A stretch of 64,000 nucleotides of DNA from a virus, in the IMG/VR virus record IMGVR_UViG_3300032334_001128, positions 62,294-126,293 of that record; one strand, given 5' to 3'. Position numbers and translations under genes: made by a program. The notes below the pieces were generated by a model that was given only the letters and a program-made list of their open reading frames with translations, made no database searches and was not told the DNA's origin. Shown here one piece after another: positions 19,857-28,957 of this stretch (its first letter is position 1; each line of letters begins with the position of its first letter).

Positions 19857-22472
19857 TTAAAAGTTTCTAGCCATTCTTGTAGCAGTTCCCCAGTCTACTT
19901 CAGCAGATGGAACTGCTCTAGGTGGGACATATCTACCATGAATTACAGCTGACTTACCTTGGCCTTTAATATCTAAGCCCCGATCATTTAGTTTACGAGT
20001 AAATCCAATAGTGCTGAGTGGACGTTCTCCACGTTCTTCGCTCCACATTCTATAAATTGCATATAGACCTGATAGCTGAGTTTCACGTTCTGGATCTTCT
20101 ACAGTCTCTTCTTCAAGGAATAGGCCAATACGATCCTCATTCTTGCGATACATCTCGGCTGCTTCTGTTACTGCTGAACACCAACCTAGTGGATCTCTAA
20201 GAGAAGATCCTAAATACTTAATAGCACCTTCAACTGCCCATGCTAGGACAGCTGGAAGACCACCCTCGGGGTCAGTTAGATATGCTTTTAGGTCTGGATC
20301 TGACTTACCTTTTTCTGGTGCATTCATCCATGGGATAGGACGTAGACGTCTCCACATCGCATCATCATTGATGATAGGTCTGTGGTTTGTTGTAATCCAC
20401 AACTTACCCTGAGCTTTGAATGTAAATGGCTTTTCACCTGGGGAACGACCTTGGATAGTAGATGAACCAGTTAGGTTCTTAACTTGATTTTCGTTAAGAC
20501 GTTCTGATTCAGGAAGCTCGTCTACCCAGATCATACGCTTACCACGAAGCTCGGCCAAGTAGTACTGGTTTGAACTATTTTGTCCACCGCCATTTGCAGC
20601 CAGTTGATCTGATGGAAGTACACCAGCATATTGGTCAGTACCCATTGCCTTAACAATAGTCTCAACAAAAGTGTTCTTACCGGAACCTGATGGACCATAT
20701 ACAAGGAATAGAACGTCTTGATTACTCAATCCAGTCAATGTATAACCAACTGCACGCTGAATCCAGTCTTGTAATTCTTTATCTCCACCGGTAGCAAAGT
20801 CAATAAACTGCTCCCAACGAACGTTACGCATACCTGGAGTGTAGTTAACAGGAGCACGCTTTGTGATGTGGAGATCTGGTTGACCTTTAAGAAGTTCTCC
20901 AGTGCGAAGATTAATTACTCCATTCAGTACACCGAACAGGTGGTCATTGTTATCCCACTCTTCGACTTCATTTACGATTCGAGGGTCTGACTTAGCACTG
21001 TCGATAGCTGCACGCATACGTGAGTTAGCTCTCGCCTGATATGCCCATTTAACCACTTCACGCTTTTTGTCATCGTCAGAGTACTTGGCTGTTTCAGCCG
21101 CAATGATTGTAGCTAAGTGCTTAGCAATTTCTTGTGTAGACAAATCTTCAGCATCTGGTTTCCAGTACTGACCGTCCCAGATGAACCAACCGAGTCCAGG
21201 TGTGTAACGCATCACGTTACCAAATGAGTCAACTAGTCGACGTCCATTACCGATGTCTGAAAGTGATCGACGTTCAGGATCTCCACCCTCTACTTCTGAT
21301 AGAGCATCGGGGTTATTTGGTACGTCGACGTTATTACCACTAAAAGCACCTGATACTGAGACACCAGAGTGTGCAGCTGCAGAGATTGCTTCACCAATTG
21401 TATTTTGCATACGTGGAGATGGAGCTCCTGGGTCAACTGGAGTTGTGGTAACTCTAGGGGTACCCGACCCTGTGCCATCTACCGGTCTTGAAGCCCAGGC
21501 GGTTAGACCTGGATACATAACTTCAATAATCGGGTTCTCAGCTACAAAGTCAATAGCACGGCGAACGTGCATTAGTAATCCACCCTGTCCCTCGATTTCT
21601 AGAGGTGGACGAACCTTTTCGTGATTAAAACGGATCATGGTTGTTTCAATCATCAAACGTTTTTCAGGAGTATCGACTCCAAACTTATTTGCAAGGGCGC
21701 ATGTTAGTTTGTAGATGTCTACGGCACGTGAACCTTCATCGATTCCGTCTTCAAGCATCTTAGTAATATCTACACGCTCACCTTTGTAGTCAAGACCGCT
21801 CATCCAGTCCCACTCGCCATTACCTAGAGCTGTACCACTTCTACGTGCACGCTTTCTAATGACTTGTAAAAGTTCTTCTGGAGCTTCAGCAATCTCCATT
21901 TGCCATGGAGCATGACCGTCTCTCCATTCGTACTCAACACCAGATGCGTGACGAGATGGGGCAAGCATTACGTAACCGTTATGTTTGATATCAATGCCCG
22001 GAAGATCGGTAGCTTTTAGGTTTCCCTGGAACTGCTCACCCTCGGAAACTTTAAAGTATAGGTGGCGACCACGTGCAGTTACACCATTGTATGTATATAC
22101 ACCTGTATATGCTTCAACGGTTGGAGGTAGGCAGTAGTTAAGCTGCTCTTCAAGTGTTTCAAAAGATGCAACACCACCAGAACGTGGGTCAATGTCGATA
22201 ACAATAAAACCTGATGCCTGACAGTAAACACCAATATTGTTCTCTGATCCTTTTGACCACCAGTTATCCACGGTCTCTAAATTATCCGTAGCCTGTGTGT
22301 TCCAGGCACCAATCACAGGGTGCTTACCAGCATCTTTAGGCTCACCGTGTGGCCCTCCACAGGTACAACGTCCACCTGAATTAATTCCGTAGCATGGTAG
22401 AAGTTTCCACCCGTGTCCCGCATACCACTGGGCTCCAGCGGATAGTTTGTCGGCATGAGTTCTGTCGTTCAT
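19857..22472 (-). CDS. Bifunctional primase-polymerase fused to a D5/P4-type SF3 helicase
   Basis: Prim-pol motifs GKHP, NIG, VIDIDPR, GRHLYF, GYVMLAPS; D5_N region DIGNGRRL; Walker A GPSGSGKNT, Walker B WVDE, TNHRP, MWRRL. Confidence 0.93.
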   Translation of the reverse strand: MNDRTHADKLSAGAQWYAGHGWKLLPCYGINSGGRCTCGGPHGEPKDAGKHPVIGAWNTQATDNLETVDNWWSKGSENNIGVYCQASGFIVIDIDPRSGGVASFETLEEQLNYCLPPTVEAYTGVYTYNGVTARGRHLYFKVSEGEQFQGNLKATDLPGIDIKHNGYVMLAPSRHASGVEYEWRDGHAPWQMEIAEAPEELLQVIRKRARRSGTALGNGEWDWMSGLDYKGERVDITKMLEDGIDEGSRAVDIYKLTCALANKFGVDTPEKRLMIETTMIRFNHEKVRPPLEIEGQGGLLMHVRRAIDFVAENPIIEVMYPGLTAWASRPVDGTGSGTPRVTTTPVDPGAPSPRMQNTIGEAISAAAHSGVSVSGAFSGNNVDVPNNPDALSEVEGGDPERRSLSDIGNGRRLVDSFGNVMRYTPGLGWFIWDGQYWKPDAEDLSTQEIAKHLATIIAAETAKYSDDDKKREVVKWAYQARANSRMRAAIDSAKSDPRIVNEVEEWDNNDHLFGVLNGVINLRTGELLKGQPDLHITKRAPVNYTPGMRNVRWEQFIDFATGGDKELQDWIQRAVGYTLTGLSNQDVLFLVYGPSGSGKNTFVETIVKAMGTDQYAGVLPSDQLAANGGGQNSSNQYYLAELRGKRMIWVDELPESERLNENQVKNLTGSSTIQGRSPGEKPFTFKAQGKLWITTNHRPIINDDAMWRRLRPIPWMNAPEKGKSDPDLKAYLTDPEGGLPAVLAWAVEGAIKYLGSSLRDPLGWCSAVTEAAEMYRKNEDRIGLFLEEETVEDPERETQLSGLYAIYRMWSEERGERPLSTIGFTRKLNDRGLDIKGQGKSAVIHGRYVPPRAVPSAEVDWGTATRMARNF

Positions 22473-22514
22473 AACTTTCCTTGTCTATGTCTATATCGAT
22501 AAATTTAAATTACA

Positions 22515-22601
22515 CCTAAAAGCTAATTTTGTCTAATTGACACACTACCTGAAAAAGAGACAGGTATCCCAAAATCAGCTTTTAGGGGAATAGGTTACAA
22601 T
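22515..22601. promoter_or_regulatory. Divergent promoter region with nested inverted repeats
   Basis: CCTAAAAGCT (22515-24) / AGCTTTTAGG (22577-86); TACCTG (22546-51) / CAGGTA (22561-66); TTGACA near 22537; TACAAT at 22596. Confidence 0.5.
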
Positions 22602-22642
22602 TATACGAGAAACAATCTCCCCTTATTTTTGTTTAGGAAATT

Positions 22643-22981
22643 ATGACTCAAGAGCTAATCCTCAGTATAGCAGCCATATTCAGTGGAATTGGCGTAATAT
22701 TTGGCGGTGTACTATCCGTCTATAAGATCTCCAAGCGTATTGACTCCGCCATTGGTTTAGATAGTAGCGGTAGAACTCTAGCTGAAAGATTAGAGCGTGT
22801 AGAGAACCAACTTTGGGAGAATGGTGGATCTTCACTGGCGGATAGAGTAAACGTTATTGAAAAGCATACCGTGAAAACCTCGGCAGAAGTAGAACTCATA
22901 AAAAACTTAATTATTGCTAGCACTGGTGCGCAAGTAACTGCTGTAGAAACCCCAGTTAAAAGACGTAGAAAAGCTTCGTAA
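22643..22981 (+). CDS. Single-TM membrane protein with a coiled-coil tail
   Basis: N-terminal hydrophobic helix followed by LERVENQLWENGGSSLADRV, a pattern common in actinophage membrane proteins. Confidence 0.7.
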   Translation: MTQELILSIAAIFSGIGVIFGGVLSVYKISKRIDSAIGLDSSGRTLAERLERVENQLWENGGSSLADRVNVIEKHTVKTSAEVELIKNLIIASTGAQVTAVETPVKRRRKAS

Positions 22982-23061
22982 TACATCGGTGTAGTTCTAT
23001 GGATTATAGATAAGTAATCCGCTAATATTGAAAAGACAAATACGCATCGAAGGGATCCACT

Positions 23062-23331
23062 ATGTCGCTATCAGATCGACTAAACTCTGCAATCAATGCC
23101 ACACCTTCTCGTAAGTGTAAACTTATGATTATCCTTGATAGTGAAAAGCTTACTGACGAGGACAGAGCAACCTTTACCTCACTACTGAATGTTCCAGACG
23201 GTAATCCTTCTAGAGTTAGTAATGTAGTTTTAGCTCAGGTTCTTAGAGATGAAGGTTTTGATCTATCAGATAGTGCAGTTGATAGACACCGTCGTAAATC
23301 ATGTAGCTGTAGCCGAAACTTGGGAGAGTAA
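23062..23331 (+). CDS. Small HTH-like protein preceding the phosphoesterase
   Basis: Starts with a CKL motif and ends VDRHRRKSCSC; helical. Confidence 0.6.
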   Translation: MSLSDRLNSAINATPSRKCKLMIILDSEKLTDEDRATFTSLLNVPDGNPSRVSNVVLAQVLRDEGFDLSDSAVDRHRRKSCSCSRNLGE

Positions 23332-23333
23332 AA

Positions 23334-24533
23334 ATGGCACTTTCAGAAAACTTAAAAAAATTAGCAGAACCTGGGCAGACTGGTTCTGATATCAAAGCAC
23401 TGGGTACCCCAGAAGAATGGCGACCACGTTTAGACGTCGATGACTCTAAAGGTGGTTTTGTTGTATCTAAGCCTCACCCAGTCGGTGAGATTCCTGACAC
23501 AGCTGACGTACTAAAGGAATTTGATCTTGATCCAAACTCTTGGACTGTAACTTCTTTACGTCGTTCTCGTTGGCAGACGTACAGCGGTGAATGGTTGGAG
23601 TCAGTTCGTGTAAACGTAACTCCATCTGGTCTAGTTGTTGCTGATCAGCTTGACGCTGAAAAACTTATTGATGAAGTTAAGAAGTGGCGTCCAGAACGTG
23701 GTATCAAAGCTGGTACCGGTAACGGAGCTTACCTAGTCTCTCCTAGCGATCAGCAGATCGGTAAGAAAGCTAATGGCCAAGGTACTCAGCAGTCAATTGA
23801 TAGAATTCTTCACTTGACTGAGGCTTCAGTAAACCGTCTACATGACCTTCGTAAAATTGGTCTTAACCTTGGAACTGTAGTTCTAGCACTCCCGGGAGAT
23901 CACGTAGAGGGTCTTACAAGCCAAAATGGTCGTTTGCAGGGTCAAGCAGCATCTGACCTAGGACTCACTGAGCAGGTGCGTGTTGCACGTCGTTTGCTTA
24001 TGGCACAGATCAAAGCTTTAGCCCCACTAGCGGAGCGCGTAATTGTTCCGGTCATCAACGGAAACCATGACGAGGTAACTCGTCAGGTAGCTGCCGATCC
24101 CGCTGATGGCTGGAACGTTGAGATTGCATCAGCAGTGCAGGACGCATGTGCTGAGAATCCAGCGTTACAACACGTCGAGTTTAGGTATCCGTCATCTGGT
24201 CACCAAACTCTAACTGTTGATATCAACGGAACTATGCTTGGACTATTCCATGGTCACCAGGTTGGTAGGGATGTAATGAAGTATCTATCTGGTCAAGCTG
24301 CAGGTCAGACTGCTCTCGGATTAGCAGACGTATGGATCTCTGGTCACTACCACAACTTTAAGACTATGGACATCGGTCAGCGTCTTTGGGTTCAATGCCC
24401 TACTACTGATCCAGGATCGGAGTGGTTCCGTGATCGTGCAGGTCTAGAATCAAAGCCAGGTCTATTGACTATGGTTATTGGTGGAGACTACGAGCCACGC
24501 GAACACATCAGCGTTCTAGCTGTTAAGCTTTAG
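23334..24533 (+). CDS. Calcineurin-like metallophosphoesterase / Mre11-like nuclease
   Basis: SDQQIG, GDHVEG, GNHD, FHGH and SGHYH motifs. Confidence 0.85.
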   Translation: MALSENLKKLAEPGQTGSDIKALGTPEEWRPRLDVDDSKGGFVVSKPHPVGEIPDTADVLKEFDLDPNSWTVTSLRRSRWQTYSGEWLESVRVNVTPSGLVVADQLDAEKLIDEVKKWRPERGIKAGTGNGAYLVSPSDQQIGKKANGQGTQQSIDRILHLTEASVNRLHDLRKIGLNLGTVVLALPGDHVEGLTSQNGRLQGQAASDLGLTEQVRVARRLLMAQIKALAPLAERVIVPVINGNHDEVTRQVAADPADGWNVEIASAVQDACAENPALQHVEFRYPSSGHQTLTVDINGTMLGLFHGHQVGRDVMKYLSGQAAGQTALGLADVWISGHYHNFKTMDIGQRLWVQCPTTDPGSEWFRDRAGLESKPGLLTMVIGGDYEPREHISVLAVKL

Positions 24534-25020
24534 GGCTTTTACTTTTAGCTTTTTTACTTGCTTTTTCTTCAGCTAGTGCGTGGAAAGCATTAACCGCGTT
24601 AGCACTGGTACGACTACGCCATTTAAAATTACATTCGGTGCACTCTACTACTCGCATGGTAGTCCAACGTCCACCGCCTGGTTTATCAACAATCATTGTT
24701 TTTAAAAACTTTGTATTTGCCGAGCAATATGGGCATATCGGGTATCTACTTCTTCTTACTTCGGCTCCATCGACGTTGACAGATAGAGTTCGTCTAATCT
24801 CGTCTTCATCTCGCCCTCCCCAAATTCCCCATATTTGTTTACTTTCCAGGGCCCATTTAAGGCAATCTTTACGCACTGGGCATGAGAAGCACATATTTTT
24901 TGCTTTATGTCTTTCTTCATATTTTGGAGAGAAGAACATCTCAGCTAAATGTTTATTTTCTAACTTCCCACATTCGGATCCATTCATCCAATCTAGATCT
25001 TCTGGATTATTTTTAGACAT
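24523..25020 (-). CDS. whiB: WhiB-family Fe-S transcription factor with a C-terminal zinc ribbon
   Basis: C...CFSCPVRKDC, GIWGG turn, plus CPYC...CTEC. Confidence 0.9.
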   Translation of the reverse strand: MSKNNPEDLDWMNGSECGKLENKHLAEMFFSPKYEERHKAKNMCFSCPVRKDCLKWALESKQIWGIWGGRDEDEIRRTLSVNVDGAEVRRSRYPICPYCSANTKFLKTMIVDKPGGGRWTTMRVVECTECNFKWRSRTSANAVNAFHALAEEKASKKAKSKSPKA

Positions 25021-25355
25021 TAAAGCTCCACAACTGTAATTAGGATGATTTGATCTACGGTATCTCCGTACTCAGTCTCACCGTTTTCATCACAGATGGT
25101 TAGATAAACTTCACCGTTTAATTCACCAGCATAAGCGTGAGTAATTTTTCCACGCTCTACTAAATGAAATGCCTCGCTTAATGAATCTACAGATCCATCT
25201 CTTTGTACAGCTGAGGCTAGGGCTCGTTTTATTACATCGATATCAAGATCAACGTGATCTTCAGTATAAAAAACAATAGGATTTAGCCTACTTGTTTCGT
25301 AACCTTCACCAAACCATTCAGACCATAAAAATTCGCCTGGGCGTTTGTCAATCAT
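25020..25355 (-). CDS. Hypothetical protein
   Basis: 111 aa, acidic, translationally coupled within the operon. Confidence 0.7.
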   Translation of the reverse strand: MIDKRPGEFLWSEWFGEGYETSRLNPIVFYTEDHVDLDIDVIKRALASAVQRDGSVDSLSEAFHLVERGKITHAYAGELNGEVYLTICDENGETEYGDTVDQIILITVVEL

Positions 25356-25417
25356 ATATAACCATCCTAAAGATAATTATATATTTGTCTTCGTTAGAAG
25401 TTGCCGATGTATTGTTA

Positions 25418-25912
25418 TTAGGCTACTGGCCAGATATATTCGTAAGTTTCTGGCTTTGATCCTGGATCTTCTTCCCAGTCAAACTGGGAATACCACTCGT
25501 AATCTTTATTAAGTAGTGCCAGTCTGTGACTTGCAGCAATTTCTTCGTATTGAGGCTGATACCTCATCCACTGAGGATTAAACATGTTATCGTCTCTAAT
25601 GAGCCCTAGCTCGATCGCACGAAAAACTGTTGTTTTAGCTTTGTCGCCAATGGTTGACTTATAGCCGCGACGCTTCCATTCGTCTACCATACATTGAATG
25701 TAGTAGTGCAAAGCCATTTCGTGACCACGCCACATCTTGACTGCAGGATGGTTTACCCAGCCTTTAGGGGTACGATGGTTTCCTTGCGGATCAAGCTCAA
25801 GCAGAGTCATAAGGATTTGCCATCCTTCAAGAGCTTGCTTGTTTAGACGCTTATTATCAAGCACTTTAGCAATGTCTTCAAAGCTGGATGTTAGTGGTAC
25901 AAATGTTTGCAT
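25418..25912 (-). CDS. Pyrimidine-dimer DNA glycosylase-like protein (DenV / MSMEG_6728-like)
   Basis: MQTFVP...LDNKRLNKQALE, HPAVKMWRG, SHRLALL..K, YIWP. Confidence 0.8.
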   Translation of the reverse strand: MQTFVPLTSSFEDIAKVLDNKRLNKQALEGWQILMTLLELDPQGNHRTPKGWVNHPAVKMWRGHEMALHYYIQCMVDEWKRRGYKSTIGDKAKTTVFRAIELGLIRDDNMFNPQWMRYQPQYEEIAASHRLALLNKDYEWYSQFDWEEDPGSKPETYEYIWPVA

Positions 25913-25932
25913 ATTATTCCTTTGATATGTAG

Positions 25933-26139
25933 TTATTTGATTTTGACGTAAACGTGGCCGGTGAAACCAACACCCTCTGATTCTAGTACAGCTTCCATCT
26001 CCACGTCAACTAGATCTTCAATATCTTCGTAATTATCTAAAAGGAAATAATCTAAGATAACTTGCTCGGCTCTGCGTTTTAGTTCTTCCTGATTTTCACC
26101 AAAAACTTCAAACTTTAGTTTAGTTCTCCAAGCAGCCAT
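25933..26139 (-). CDS. Hypothetical protein
   Basis: 68 aa, TAATG coupling to the upstream gene. Confidence 0.65.
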   Translation of the reverse strand: MAAWRTKLKFEVFGENQEELKRRAEQVILDYFLLDNYEDIEDLVDVEMEAVLESEGVGFTGHVYVKIK

Positions 26140-26558
26140 TATCTGATCCTCTTCTCCAGCTGAGCCGGTCTGTAGTGGATTCCATCAAGAATTGGATTTA
26201 AGCCATCTGTTGAGTTGAAGATAACATCTCCAGATCTAATTGCAGCTACAATTCCTGGACGACCGTTCTGATTTGCCCCTACAACGCCGTCAAAGGCATC
26301 GTGGCGGACTCTAACAATATCTCCTACAGAGATTTGCCCTGGCTCTGCTTGAACCCACAGCTCGGTCTTAGGGGTCTCGATGATGGCATGTCCTAGAGCT
26401 ACTTTTGAAAAAATGTCTAATACTGCTCTAAGATCCTGGGGAGACATCTCAATAGGTTCCCAAGCTTTCAGCAGATCTAGCACAGCTAGCCCTACTCCTT
26501 TTTTAGTTTTTGTAGCTACAAATTGCTGTTTTACCCAGTCAATATCGACTTTACTCAT
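26139..26558 (-). CDS. Hypothetical protein with an SH3-like C-terminal region
   Basis: 139 aa; ISVGDIVRV...GIVAAIRSGDVI. Confidence 0.7.
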   Translation of the reverse strand: MSKVDIDWVKQQFVATKTKKGVGLAVLDLLKAWEPIEMSPQDLRAVLDIFSKVALGHAIIETPKTELWVQAEPGQISVGDIVRVRHDAFDGVVGANQNGRPGIVAAIRSGDVIFNSTDGLNPILDGIHYRPAQLEKRIR

Positions 26559-27582
26559 TATTATTCTCCTGATTATTATTTAGACCGATGGTCGTTTCTA
26601 AAATTTTTCCTGCCAAGCCTTTTGATGGTATATACGATTTGTACAGATCTTTCTGGGCCATAGCTAGAATTCTTCTGTTTTCTGGATGCATAGCTTCAAT
26701 GCTAGAAGCTAGTGCTTCCCACGCATCACCAAGTTTACTGGACTCTTTCCACTCCGTAGCAATTGGTGTGAGAGTGTTTAAAGCTTGAACATATCTGTAT
26801 GTCCACCAAGTTCCATCTTTTTTGTGTGGACTTATTAGCACACCGATAGATTTTTCAATCTGAGATAAGACTTGATCGTCTGTCCAGCCTTTATTCCACT
26901 TCATAGGAGAATTTGGGTAGATCAATGATGCGGTAGTTGACTTAGCCCAGTCTGTTTTATGTGTATCAGCTACCCATTTATCTCGTCTTGACTCTTCAGA
27001 TTCTAAGTCTTGTAGTAGATACGAATCTAAATTAATTCCAGATAAAACTTTTAAATTAGGTGGCAGAAGACTTTTAATTTTTCCTGGAGTTGACCAAGGG
27101 AGTGTTGGATAGATTACATCCGGCCAATCCTGATCCATTAATTTTTCTACAGCACCAAATAATCTGGTTTTTAAAAGTTCGTCAGAAGTTACTAAAGAAA
27201 AGTCTTTTCTATATGAAAAGAAAGATTTTGTAAATGATTCAGGATTTGAATGTATTGATTTGATACTAAAAGTAATTTGATTAACTTTAGGAGCATCAAT
27301 AAAAAGTTTAAGTTTCGGTGAGTCCCACATTAGATCAATAATGCTAAGTGCACCGTACAGTCTATTTGCAGCAAGACTTGTTAGTGGGGATATTCCCACC
27401 AAAATAGAGTCGTAAGAATCTAAATCTTCATAAGAAAAATTAATGTCTGGATCTACCCAAGTCACATCGTGACCTACTTCTGTGAGTACTTTATTTAGTA
27501 CTCCAGCAAAATTTAGAGATTTTTTATTAGCTGACTCTGACGCTTGAGATGCAGACATACCTGTCAATAAAATGTTACTCAT
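26551..27582 (-). CDS. Putative GT-B-fold glycosyltransferase-like protein
   Basis: N-terminal ILLTG...LTEVGHDVTW and C-terminal YVQALNTLTPIAT resemble GT-B Rossmann motifs; weak evidence. Confidence 0.45.
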   Translation of the reverse strand: MSNILLTGMSASQASESANKKSLNFAGVLNKVLTEVGHDVTWVDPDINFSYEDLDSYDSILVGISPLTSLAANRLYGALSIIDLMWDSPKLKLFIDAPKVNQITFSIKSIHSNPESFTKSFFSYRKDFSLVTSDELLKTRLFGAVEKLMDQDWPDVIYPTLPWSTPGKIKSLLPPNLKVLSGINLDSYLLQDLESEESRRDKWVADTHKTDWAKSTTASLIYPNSPMKWNKGWTDDQVLSQIEKSIGVLISPHKKDGTWWTYRYVQALNTLTPIATEWKESSKLGDAWEALASSIEAMHPENRRILAMAQKDLYKSYIPSKGLAGKILETTIGLNNNQENNNE

Positions 27583-27608
27583 AAAATCTCCTTAATAAAT
27601 TGTGTAAG

Positions 27609-27633
27609 GACACCACGCATGTAGCGTGGTGCC
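27609..27633 (-). terminator. Hairpin downstream of the SSB gene
   Basis: CACCACGC (27611-18) / GCGTGGTG (27624-31); weak U-tract. Confidence 0.5.
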
Positions 27634-27650
27634 CCCACAAGCAATCTAAT

Positions 27651-28175
27651 TTAGAACGGCGCACCTGGGGCAGGAGCCGGAGCAGGGGCAGGAGCCGGTG
27701 CTGGAGGTACAGCTGCACCTGCAGTAGTAGCGGCAACTGAGTCGATAGAAACGCCAGGAGTAGCCGCAATGCGGTGGTACTTCTTGATCTCGTTGCTAAC
27801 GTTTCCGTTGTAAGTCTTTTTACCAAGAGTTACACGGAAGTGTGCACCACGAAGAGCATCTTCAATCTGAGCGTCAGTACGGTCAGGAGTGAAGTAGCTC
27901 TGAGGTAGACCAAGGGCAGCCATCTTAGAGAAGAATGCACCTAGGGCCTTAGGGTTGTCAAGAACAACAACGAGGTTGTCCCAAACAAGACGCTTAGCAT
28001 AAGCGCCGTTCTGAACCTCTGCCTTGATCTTGAACATCTTACGTCCAGTCGAAGCAGTGGTAGCGGTAGCTTCAACGACCTTTAGGTCGTAGTCGCCGTC
28101 TGGTAGTGGCTCGTAGTTTCCACCTGCTGAATCTCCAGCAAGTTTGACAATGTCAGCCCAGTTTGTTGTACTCAT
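27651..28175 (-). CDS. Single-stranded DNA-binding protein (DUF669-like OB fold)
   Basis: YEPLPDGDYDLKV, GRKMFKI, VWDNL, NEIKKY and a PAPAPA...APF tail. Confidence 0.8.
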   Translation of the reverse strand: MSTTNWADIVKLAGDSAGGNYEPLPDGDYDLKVVEATATTASTGRKMFKIKAEVQNGAYAKRLVWDNLVVVLDNPKALGAFFSKMAALGLPQSYFTPDRTDAQIEDALRGAHFRVTLGKKTYNGNVSNEIKKYHRIAATPGVSIDSVAATTAGAAVPPAPAPAPAPAPAPGAPF

Positions 28176-28192
28176 AATTTATGAATACCTTT

Positions 28193-28957
28193 CTACTTAG
28201 TAGTTGATTTGTTAGTTGCGGCTTTTGGGCCAAAGATGATGTCAAGCATACGCTCAACACCAAGGTCACCCTGCTCGACAATCGAGCCTAGGCGTCCCTG
28301 AACGCGTTCACCGGCATCGTACTTGTCAGTACGCTCGACATACATACGACGAGCTTTGTATGCTGGTTGGGTTGGATCAGGGTTTGGGATGTTCTCCAAA
28401 GCAATGGCACCAAGAACATCATAGAAGTATGGAGCCTGAACTGCAAGTTGACCCTGCAAGTAAGGCTTCATATGTCCATTCTGATCAGAACGAGCCATAG
28501 CTGTTAGAACCACTGCCTCAAGAGGCTGTGTTGGATGCATCGTTAGGTCACGTAGGTCGCGTAGAAGAGCACCCATGTGGCGAAGTAGTTCGCCCCACTG
28601 CTGCATCTTCATCTGCTCTGTACCAGCGATGTTGTCCATGCACTTGACCTGCAGCTCCGAAATGGAGTCGATGATCAAGGACTTGAACTGGTGCTTACCA
28701 GCTTGTAACCACTGGAAAGCTTTTAGAACTACGTCATAGTCACGCACTGGCACTACGACGGTGTCCCAAGTTCCGTCCGCTACAGGAGGTTCTTCCCGCA
28801 TTGGATCCCAATACTTTACGTTGATTGGGAGGAATCTGTGTCCACCCTCAACGTCAAGCATCAGACGAGGATATGGTGCTGTTACTGCGAAAGTTGATTT
28901 ACCAACCTTTGACTCGCCGTAGACCATAAGAGTAAGAGAACGTTGTACGTCTGACAT
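28193..28957 (-). CDS. AAA_24 / Sak4-like ATPase (recombination-associated)
   Basis: Walker A YGESKVGKST, LDVEGG, IIDSISE. Confidence 0.85.
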   Translation of the reverse strand: MSDVQRSLTLMVYGESKVGKSTFAVTAPYPRLMLDVEGGHRFLPINVKYWDPMREEPPVADGTWDTVVVPVRDYDVVLKAFQWLQAGKHQFKSLIIDSISELQVKCMDNIAGTEQMKMQQWGELLRHMGALLRDLRDLTMHPTQPLEAVVLTAMARSDQNGHMKPYLQGQLAVQAPYFYDVLGAIALENIPNPDPTQPAYKARRMYVERTDKYDAGERVQGRLGSIVEQGDLGVERMLDIIFGPKAATNKSTTK

